From an uncultured Candidatus Saccharibacteria bacterium (lineage in GTDB: Bacteria; Patescibacteriota; Doudnabacteria; UBA920), in assembly GCA_964600695.1 (NCBI GenBank), contig CAZRKK010000002.1, positions 5,354 to 69,353 of the forward strand: 64,000 bases of DNA, in the 5' to 3' direction. Both the position numbers and the translations under genes were made by a program. Below are positions 54,626 to 61,394 of this stretch, piece by piece; position 1 is the stretch's first letter; each line of letters begins with the position of its first letter. Below the pieces are notes generated by a model. The model did no database searches. It saw nothing but the letters and a program-made list of their open reading frames with translations, and was not told where the DNA came from.

Positions 54626-55249
54626 ATGGATGTAATAGCCCATACACTGTGGACAAACGCAGTTTTTCATTTTAAGTATAAGAATCAACGCAGAATGCGG
54701 TATCTTGCCGCTTTTTTTGGTGTTGCTCCGGACTTAGTAGGCTTTACGCCACTCTTTATTTACTTAATTATTTCCGGACGAGTCTTTAATGGAGAAAGAC
54801 TTTCGTTTTTGTATCAAACTCATTGGACTTTCCGATTTGCAGAGGAGGCTTATAACTACACTCATAGCTTAGTTATTTTCGGAATTTGTTTTTTATCAGT
54901 TTTAATACTAGGTAATTTATACAAACATTTAAAGCGTGGTTCTTTGCAAAGCTTTTCTTGGCGGAAGGCATGGTTTTTTTGGCCAATGTTAGGCTGGGCT
55001 TTGCATATCTTGATTGACATACCAACTCATCCAGATTTTTACTCTACGCCTTTCTTGTACCCAATTTCTAGTTTTGAGAATCATCATGGTATGCCCTGGA
55101 GTCATCCAGTATTTATGGTAGTAAATTACACTTTGCTGGCAATGGCTTACGCAGCAATTTCTGTTTACCATCGCCGTCGCCGCAATGCAAAAATCTTAAG
55201 TAAAAGTTTAAATAAAGATGGCAAAAAAAATCACTCGAACAATAAATAA
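54626..55249 (+). CDS. membrane protein, possibly YdjM/DUF457-like metal-dependent hydrolase
   Basis: MDVIAHTLW start, conserved-looking His/Asp positions (APDL, YTHSL, HILIDIPTHPD), hydrophobic helices. Weak call. Confidence 0.4.
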   Translation: MDVIAHTLWTNAVFHFKYKNQRRMRYLAAFFGVAPDLVGFTPLFIYLIISGRVFNGERLSFLYQTHWTFRFAEEAYNYTHSLVIFGICFLSVLILGNLYKHLKRGSLQSFSWRKAWFFWPMLGWALHILIDIPTHPDFYSTPFLYPISSFENHHGMPWSHPVFMVVNYTLLAMAYAAISVYHRRRRNAKILSKSLNKDGKKNHSNNK

Positions 55250-55745
55250 TCGACCAATAAATAACCAGCCCACAAATAATCACCTGTATGTAATTGCTCA
55301 TAACATTCGGTCTTTGCATAATGTGGGATCGATTTTTCGTACAGCAGATAGTTTTGGGGTAGATAAAGTCTATCTAACTGGTTACACTGGAGCACCAGTT
55401 GATAAAAATGCAGACAAAATTTCGAAAGTTGCACTTGGGGCAGAAAAGTTTGTGCCGTGGGAGCAATCTAAATCTTTGTTAAGAGTGGTAAAAAAGCTTA
55501 AATTAGCCGGAGTCAGGATTATAGCTTTAGAGAATAATGTAAAGTTTAAGACCACTGCTTTAAATAAATATAAACCGCAGTTTCCGTCGGCTTTGATCTT
55601 AGGTGAAGAAACCAAAGGTCATACTAAAAAAACCTTAGAATTAGTTGATGATATTGTGGAAATTCCCATGCATGGCCAAAAAGAAAGCTTGAATGTCTCT
55701 GTGGCTTGTGGTGTTGCATTGTATGGTTTGCGGTCAAACGATTAG
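55218..55745 (+). CDS. SpoU/TrmH-family RNA 2'-O-methyltransferase
   Basis: HNVGSIFRTADSFG, LGEETKG, IPMHGQKESLNVSVACGVALY. 32-nt overlap with the upstream gene. Confidence 0.85.
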   Translation: MAKKITRTINNRPINNQPTNNHLYVIAHNIRSLHNVGSIFRTADSFGVDKVYLTGYTGAPVDKNADKISKVALGAEKFVPWEQSKSLLRVVKKLKLAGVRIIALENNVKFKTTALNKYKPQFPSALILGEETKGHTKKTLELVDDIVEIPMHGQKESLNVSVACGVALYGLRSND

Positions 55746-55756
55746 TAAAATAAAAA

Positions 55757-55792
55757 ATACCGAACCCAAATAAAAATAGGTTTCGGTATTTT
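55757..55792. terminator. bidirectional hairpin terminator shared by convergent genes
   Basis: ataccgaa (55757-55764) / ttcggtat (55782-55789), flanked by an A-run and a T-run. Confidence 0.65.
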
Positions 55793-55795
55793 AAT

Positions 55796-56602
55796 TTAGC
55801 TACGAGCTAAATTAATAGTATCTGTGGCAGCTTTTAGATAGTTTTTACATCTGTTTAAGCTTAGCTCACCGGTTTCTGGATCGTGCAGATTTCCTTCCGC
55901 ATCAAAGCTGAATGGCTTGTATGATCGATTCCATTTAAGGAAGGGAAGTAATTCTGGGAAGTTATTTGCCGACAATCCTCCTGCGAACCCAAGTCCAAAC
56001 AGTGTCGGTAAATGCAGTTCGTCGAAGGCGGAGATGTATTCGTTTGCTTCATCTGTGTTCAACAATTTTCCTTGACCAGCCGATTTATCAAATAGTAAGT
56101 AATTGGTTATCCCAGCATATTGCCGTAGTCTTTTGGCCAATGATGTAGGGGTTTTAAATCTGTTGATTACTTTGCTATTCAACTGAATGACGATCTTTAA
56201 GTCTGGATTTGAATCTCTGATCTCAAATAAGTCTTCTGGATCTGGGAGATTCATATTGAGTTGAAAACCATCCAGTCTAACATTGGCCTCGCGACAAATT
56301 TGAATGTAGTTATAGATTAGAACGTACATATCACTCGCGTGGTTGGCATTGTCAGGGACATGAAGATGGATTAAATTCAAACATCTCTCGTCATCAATAA
56401 AGATTTTCGGTAGGTCTATTGTTTTAGGATGCCGGGGTGGTTTTTTATCTTCACCTCGGCCATCTTTGTCAAAATAATGGCCGCCGTGGGCTAGGCCTCC
56501 TACCATTAGTTTATAACCTGGTGGTAATGATAAATCCATGAGCACGGATTCAACTTGTTCTCGTTTCATAAACCCTGTAATCCCGATATAAGGTGTTTCC
56601 AT
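55796..56602 (-). CDS. TIM-barrel protein resembling phosphoribosylanthranilate isomerase (TrpF-like)
   Basis: IGITGF...DGFQLN...LLFDKSAGQGKLLN...GFAGGLSANN...FDAEGNL matches the order of PRAI motifs (GIT, QLHG, LDs..GGtG, LAGGL, DvsSG). GGAGG upstream on the minus strand. Confidence 0.4.
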   Translation of the reverse strand: METPYIGITGFMKREQVESVLMDLSLPPGYKLMVGGLAHGGHYFDKDGRGEDKKPPRHPKTIDLPKIFIDDERCLNLIHLHVPDNANHASDMYVLIYNYIQICREANVRLDGFQLNMNLPDPEDLFEIRDSNPDLKIVIQLNSKVINRFKTPTSLAKRLRQYAGITNYLLFDKSAGQGKLLNTDEANEYISAFDELHLPTLFGLGFAGGLSANNFPELLPFLKWNRSYKPFSFDAEGNLHDPETGELSLNRCKNYLKAATDTINLARS

Positions 56603-56651
56603 AATTCCTCCGTATTAACTTGGTAGAATAACAGCTGTGCAGGGAAGAGTC

Positions 56652-56676
56652 AAAAAAAAGAGGCACGGCCTCTTTT
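56652..56676. terminator. hairpin terminator flanked by A- and T-runs
   Basis: agaggc (56659-56664) / gcctct (56668-56673), A8 upstream and T4 downstream. It terminates the minus-strand 75-aa gene. Confidence 0.7.
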
Positions 56677-56684
56677 AATTAGAC

Positions 56685-56912
56685 TTAATTGAAGAATGAT
56701 AAAACTTTGTCCAACATTGTTCTAAGCTTTTTCTTGAGATTATTTCTCAGCTTCATTTCCTCCGGAATATGATAGTACTTACTATTTTTAACTGCTCGAT
56801 CAAACGCAACCTTGAAGGGGATCCCTTCTTCTTTTGCTTTGTCGAAGATAGAGCGGGTATCGGCAGCTTTTCTAAGTGGTTCTTGCGAAAAAATATTCCC
56901 TAGATCTGACAT
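56685..56912 (-). CDS. small hypothetical protein (75 aa)
   Basis: I prefer the second ATG (MSDLGNIF...) because AAGGAGGA precedes it by 7 nt and the predicted transcription start lies at about 56931. Confidence 0.5.
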   Translation of the reverse strand: MSDLGNIFSQEPLRKAADTRSIFDKAKEEGIPFKVAFDRAVKNSKYYHIPEEMKLRNNLKKKLRTMLDKVLSFFN

Positions 56913-56937
56913 TATATCTCCTCCTTTTCTCATTAGT

Positions 56938-56946
56938 ATTATACCA
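56938..56946 (-). promoter_or_regulatory. extended -10 promoter (TGgTATAAT) on the minus strand
   Basis: Plus-strand attatacca is the reverse complement of tggtataat. Confidence 0.5.
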
Positions 56947-57077
56947 AAACCTACTTAACTTAACAAAAGATAACTAGTATTTTGCTGTACTGTGGATAGC
57001 TGGGAAACATCCTTGCGAAACATTTAAATCTCCTTTAAATACAAGGAGTTTTTTAATTTTTTATGTTTGTGGAACCT

Positions 57078-57106
57078 TTGCTAGATGGGGGAATGTGGGT
57101 TATAAT
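57078..57106 (+). promoter_or_regulatory. candidate Pmra promoter of the dcw cluster
   Basis: TTGCTA (57078-57083), 17-nt spacer, TATAAT (57101-57106). Confidence 0.5.
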
Positions 57107-57160
57107 GAATTCAAGTGGTGAGGAGTGGGGACAAGTGGGGACAAGTGGGTGGATAAGTGG
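57095..57160 (+). promoter_or_regulatory. array of GTGG(G) direct repeats with 10-nt phasing, candidate MraZ operator
   Basis: GTGG(G) starts at 57095, 57115, 57125, 57135, 57145 and 57157. Four consecutive boxes are exactly 10 nt apart (agtggggaca agtggggaca agtgggtgga). Confidence 0.6.
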
Positions 57161-57289
57161 ATAACTCAAAACCATGAATTGCGAATTTCCTAACAAATAT
57201 TAAAATTTGGCTACTAGAATGTGAGTTGGTGTTTACTGCTAAGGAATCACAAACTAACGTTCTACTAGCTCAAGCTGGTAACGTACATT

Positions 57290-57721
57290 ATGTTCATTGG
57301 AGAATACAACGCATCAATCGATGATAAAGCTCGGGTAATTATCCCGGCTAAGTTTCGATCTGATTTAAAAAATAAAGTTGTAGTTACTCGTGGTTTAGAT
57401 AATTCGTTGGTTCTGTATACATTAGACGAATGGAAGAAGCTTGCAGAAAAATTGGCTAGTCTCCCAATTTCTACTGCCAACACACGTGCTTTTTCTCGTC
57501 TAATGCTTGCAGGAGCAATGGACTGCGAAATCGATAAGCAGGGCCGAATCATCTTGCCGGGGTACTTAAAACAGTATGCCAAGATCAACAAAAAAATGGT
57601 CTTCGCTGGTCTTTATTCCCGCATTGAATTGTGGAGTGAAGAACTCTGGACTAAGTACAAGACACAAACAGAAAAACAAAGTAATCAAATTGCAGAACAG
57701 TTAGGTGACTTAGGGGTATAA
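57290..57721 (+). CDS. mraZ: transcriptional regulator MraZ
   Basis: MFIGEYNASIDDKARVIIPAKFR and a second SpoVT/AbrB-like half with DKQGRIILP. Confidence 0.93.
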   Translation: MFIGEYNASIDDKARVIIPAKFRSDLKNKVVVTRGLDNSLVLYTLDEWKKLAEKLASLPISTANTRAFSRLMLAGAMDCEIDKQGRIILPGYLKQYAKINKKMVFAGLYSRIELWSEELWTKYKTQTEKQSNQIAEQLGDLGV

Positions 57722-57723
57722 AC

Positions 57724-58698
57724 ATGACACCTAAGAAATACACCCATATCCCAGTTCTTTTAAATGAAGTACTCGAGCTATTAGATCCTAAACAAAATAA
57801 AAATTATGTGGATTCAACTTTGGGCGGCGGCGGTTACACAGAGAAGTTACTTGAAGCTAATGCCCCGAATGGCAAAGTACTATCGATTGACCTTGACCAA
57901 GCGGCGCTAGACAATGCTAAAGAAAGATTTTCTAAAGCAGGGGATAGGCTGACATTGGTTCATGGAAACTTTAGAGATTTTGATAAGTTGATCAATCATC
58001 ACGAATTTAGCGGGATTGCAGGAATAGTAGCCGACATAGGATTATCTAGCTATCAGTTAGATGAATCCGAGCGGGGGATATCTTTCCAAAAGAAAGAATT
58101 ACTCGATATGCGGTTTGATAGTTCTAGTGATCAACCAGATGCTAGATTTTTACTTCACCATCGTTCTGTAGAAGAGTTAACCAAAATATTCCGAGATTAT
58201 AGCGAAGAAAAGCATAGCTACAAGATTGCTCAGAATATAGCAAAAGCCTTGGATAAAGCTCGAAGCGAGCATGGAAATACTAACGAAGTTCTAAAGTATA
58301 CAACTGACTTAGTAGAAATTATTCAAGATTCGCTCCCAAAGCCAGAAAAACATCGATGGACAGATACCGCTCGCAGAATTTTTCAGGCCTTAAGGATAGA
58401 AGTTAATCATGAGCTGGTTAACCTCGAGACATTTCTCCCCAAAGCTTTCGCTTTATTAGAACCAGAGGGTAGGCTGGCAGTAGTAACCTTTCATTCCTTA
58501 GAAGATAGAATAGTAAAAAAGTATTTTAAAGAATTAGCCACTGGATGTATTTGTCCGCCAGAATTTCCAATTTGCAAATGTGGATTAACTCCTCAAGGAA
58601 AAATATTAACCAAAAAAGCAGTTACAGCAACCGAGGAAGAACTAGAGCATAATCCACGGGCTAAATCTGCCAAGCTCCGAGTAGTCCAAAAATTGTAA
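57724..58698 (+). CDS. rsmH: 16S rRNA (cytosine1402-N4)-methyltransferase
   Basis: HIPVLLNEVLELL, DSTLGGGGY, DLGLSSYQLD, SLEDRIVK. Confidence 0.94.
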   Translation: MTPKKYTHIPVLLNEVLELLDPKQNKNYVDSTLGGGGYTEKLLEANAPNGKVLSIDLDQAALDNAKERFSKAGDRLTLVHGNFRDFDKLINHHEFSGIAGIVADIGLSSYQLDESERGISFQKKELLDMRFDSSSDQPDARFLLHHRSVEELTKIFRDYSEEKHSYKIAQNIAKALDKARSEHGNTNEVLKYTTDLVEIIQDSLPKPEKHRWTDTARRIFQALRIEVNHELVNLETFLPKAFALLEPEGRLAVVTFHSLEDRIVKKYFKELATGCICPPEFPICKCGLTPQGKILTKKAVTATEEELEHNPRAKSAKLRVVQKL

Positions 58699-58739
58699 AC
58701 AAAAATCTAAAACCTAAATAAAAATTTAAATCAAAACAA

Positions 58740-59159
58740 ATGTTCAAATCCGCAGCCTTATCTTTTATAGCCCCCCGCGTTAGTTCAAAAATAAAAACTC
58801 AAACCACACCTACTGTTAAAGCCGCAACCATTACTTGGGCAGGTACACGTACTAAGTCCAAATCTGTGGATGTTTTGTCTGGTAATGTAGTTCCTTTAAC
58901 CGCGGTCTTGTTAGTTGTTGCTATTGGTGGAATGATGGCTCTGCATTTATTTTGGATCAACACTTATTCATCTAAAGGTGCTCAATTGAAAAAAGTTCAG
59001 ACTTCCATAGCCGAACAGACAGAAATTCAAAAGAAATTACTAGTTAAGCAATCCTTATTAAACTCTACTGTAAGTTTGAGTGATTTAGAAAATACCGGTT
59101 TGGTTCCTGTAACCGAAGCGGAAAATTTAGTTAGTAATACTTTTGCACAGGCCAAATAA
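58740..59159 (+). CDS. FtsL-like single-TM, coiled-coil division protein (by position and architecture)
   Basis: 139 aa with one TM helix (LTAVLLVVAIGGMMALHLFWI) followed by a helical region. It occupies the ftsL slot between rsmH and ftsI. Confidence 0.45.
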   Translation: MFKSAALSFIAPRVSSKIKTQTTPTVKAATITWAGTRTKSKSVDVLSGNVVPLTAVLLVVAIGGMMALHLFWINTYSSKGAQLKKVQTSIAEQTEIQKKLLVKQSLLNSTVSLSDLENTGLVPVTEAENLVSNTFAQAK

Positions 59160-59186
59160 TAGGCCATATCACTAAAATAATTTATC

Positions 59187-60917
59187 ATGGTTGCAGCGCA
59201 AGCTTCATTTGAAAAAGTTTTTAAAAAGAGAATAGTCTTCCTGGCTGTTTTTTTCATTTTCTGCTTGTTACTGATAATTGCGCGATTAGCTTACATGCAA
59301 CTTTTCCGCCAATCATACTACAAGGCGATGGCGAATAATCAGCATTTAGGTGAACAGACCATTTTACCAACTAGGGGTGAGATTTTAATACAAGACAGTT
59401 TCACTGGCCAACCATACACAGTCGCGACATCAGACGAAAAAATTCTAGTGTATGGCAATCCGAGTGAGATTACAGACATGGGAGCGGTTCTCGATAAGCT
59501 TTCGCAGATTTTAAAAATTGATCGAGCTGTATTAGAAGAAAAATTAAAAGATTCTGAAAAACACTACATTGTTCTAAAGAAAGATTTGAGCGAAGAGGAA
59601 GAACAGCAGATTAAAGATGCCAAGCTTGCAGGTGTAAATTTTGATAAAGAAACTTCACGCTTATATCCAGAAAGTACGATGTTGGCCCAATTGTTAGGAT
59701 TCGTAGGTTATAAGGGTGATCAGAAACAAGGTGTTTATGGCTTAGAGTCCGCCTACGATAAAGAATTGGCTGGATCGGCTGGGACTTTGTTGCAAGAAAA
59801 AGATAATAGCGGCAGTTGGATTTTTGGAGGGAAGAGAGATCGGATCCCTGCTAAAGATGGGGATTCACTCCTTTTGACAATTGATAAATCTATTCAGTTA
59901 AAGGTGGAGGCTGTTCTTAAAGAGACTGTCGAAAAACATGGAGCAGATAGTGGAAGTGTGGTAGTTATGGATCCTAAGACAGGCGCGATTCTGGGAATGG
60001 CTACATATCCAACCTTTGATCTAAACACTTTTTCTAAGGTCAGTGACCCAGAGATTTATAACAATCAAGTTGCTTTGGGAGCTTATGAGCCAGGTTCAAT
60101 TTTTAAACCATTAACAATGGCTGCTGGAGTTAATGAAGGGTTGGTTTCGGCTAGTACCACTTTCGTTGATACTGGTGAGGTTAATGTTGATGGCTACACA
60201 ATTAAAAACTCTGACGAAAAAGCCCATGGTACTCAGACAATGAGTCAGGTTTTGGAGGAGTCATTGAACACAGGTACTGTGTTTGTTCAAGATAAAGTTG
60301 GAAACAAAAAGTTTTTAGAATATATTAACAATTTTGGATTTGGAAAGAAGACTGGCTTTGAAACTCCAGAAAGCGCTGGAGACTTAGGAAATTTAAAAGG
60401 TAATATCCAAGTCAACTATGATACCGCTAGTTTTGGACAGGGGATTAGTGTAACTCCACTGCAGTTAGTTCAAGCTTTTTCTAGTTTAGCTAATGGCGGT
60501 GTTATGACTAAGCCTTATGTTGTTAAGCAAATTATCAGAGAGAATGGAAAAGTGGAAGACGTTGCAAAGACCGAAAAGAAACAAGTTATTTCTGCTAAAG
60601 CGGCTAGTGAAGTTGCGGCAATGATGGTCAATGTGGTAGAAAAAGGCCATGGTAAAAAAGCCGCCGTATCTGGGTATTATGTAGCAGGAAAAACTGGAAC
60701 AGCTCAAGTGCCATTGAAGAATGGAAAAGGTTATGACCCAAATAATAATATTGGTTCCTTTATTGGATTTGCTCCTGTAGAAGATCCTAAATTTGTAATG
60801 TTAGTTAGGGTCAATCATCCGCGCAGTGTTAAATTCGCAGAGAGTACAGCCGCACCAGCGTGGGGTTCTATCGGTGCATTTTTACTCCAGTATTTTAAAG
60901 TGCCACCAACTCGTTAA
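59187..60917 (+). CDS. ftsI: class B penicillin-binding protein (FtsI/PBP2-type transpeptidase)
   Basis: N-terminal TM helix, PBP dimerisation region, SIFKP (SxxK) and KTGTAQ (KTG) motifs. Confidence 0.85.
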   Translation: MVAAQASFEKVFKKRIVFLAVFFIFCLLLIIARLAYMQLFRQSYYKAMANNQHLGEQTILPTRGEILIQDSFTGQPYTVATSDEKILVYGNPSEITDMGAVLDKLSQILKIDRAVLEEKLKDSEKHYIVLKKDLSEEEEQQIKDAKLAGVNFDKETSRLYPESTMLAQLLGFVGYKGDQKQGVYGLESAYDKELAGSAGTLLQEKDNSGSWIFGGKRDRIPAKDGDSLLLTIDKSIQLKVEAVLKETVEKHGADSGSVVVMDPKTGAILGMATYPTFDLNTFSKVSDPEIYNNQVALGAYEPGSIFKPLTMAAGVNEGLVSASTTFVDTGEVNVDGYTIKNSDEKAHGTQTMSQVLEESLNTGTVFVQDKVGNKKFLEYINNFGFGKKTGFETPESAGDLGNLKGNIQVNYDTASFGQGISVTPLQLVQAFSSLANGGVMTKPYVVKQIIRENGKVEDVAKTEKKQVISAKAASEVAAMMVNVVEKGHGKKAAVSGYYVAGKTGTAQVPLKNGKGYDPNNNIGSFIGFAPVEDPKFVMLVRVNHPRSVKFAESTAAPAWGSIGAFLLQYFKVPPTR

Positions 60918-60936
60918 AGTTAAGCATTCTTCCTAT

Positions 60937-60964
60937 TTGACAATATTGCTAGATTCGATACAGT
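60937..60964 (+). promoter_or_regulatory. possible promoter for the small basic protein gene
   Basis: TTGACA (60937-60942), 16-nt spacer, TACAGT (60959-60964). The -10 is weak. Confidence 0.35.
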
Positions 60965-61001
60965 ATAGGCGTCAGACTATTCTAAAATAAGGAGGTTGAT
61001 T

Positions 61002-61319
61002 ATGAATAGTACCGAAATTGCTAGGGTCAAAAGGCGTTTTGATAAGAAGAGAGTAAGACATCACAAACCTTTGTTGATGGTAACCAGGGAAGATTTGAGG
61101 TCTGTGAGGATCATTGGTAACGAAGTTATTCATCTAACTGATTTACCCGAAGGTGTTTACGAGGTTAGGGTTATAGCCAATCCAGATCGTTCTAAGCGTC
61201 GCAGAGGAACGAGTTGGGTGGTTACTCTCAGAAATAAACGGCTAATCGGAGCCGCAAAAAGCTACTTTAAGAGTTTAGTTCGAGATGGGGTAATCGAATT
61301 TTATGTCGAGAAGCGGTGA
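61002..61319 (+). CDS. small basic protein (105 aa), hypothetical
   Basis: AAGGAGG (60989-60995) lies 6 nt before the ATG at 61002. The protein is R/K-rich, uses AGG/AGA Arg codons and has its own terminator. Confidence 0.55.
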   Translation: MNSTEIARVKRRFDKKRVRHHKPLLMVTREDLRSVRIIGNEVIHLTDLPEGVYEVRVIANPDRSKRRRGTSWVVTLRNKRLIGAAKSYFKSLVRDGVIEFYVEKR

Positions 61320-61350
61320 GCATGAAGGAATTATAAACTTCATGCTTTTT
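61320..61350 (+). terminator. rho-independent terminator
   Basis: 8-bp stem gcatgaag (61320-61327) / cttcatgc (61338-61345), then ttttt. Confidence 0.8.
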
Positions 61351-61394
61351 CTATTTCCACAAGTTGAGTTTTTAAGCTAAAATGGAGTAAAGAG

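Noticed and set aside
57095-57160. The periodic GTGGG repeats were considered as a degenerate mini-CRISPR or a simple tandem repeat.
   Set aside because: The repeat unit is only 10 nt with no spacers of CRISPR size and no cas genes. Its position directly upstream of mraZ and its helical phasing fit an MraZ operator.
2264-61001. ORF-track N-terminal extensions starting at TTG/GTG for rpsJ (2264), the acidic protein (13479), the 4-TM protein (16576), the giant protein (18192), htrA (26979), recJ (42754), the 75-aa gene (56933) and the basic protein (60996).
   Set aside because: In each case a downstream ATG has better support. Either it has a properly spaced SD, or the extension overlaps a promoter, or orthologue-like N-termini begin at the ATG. 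The shorter coordinates are reported.
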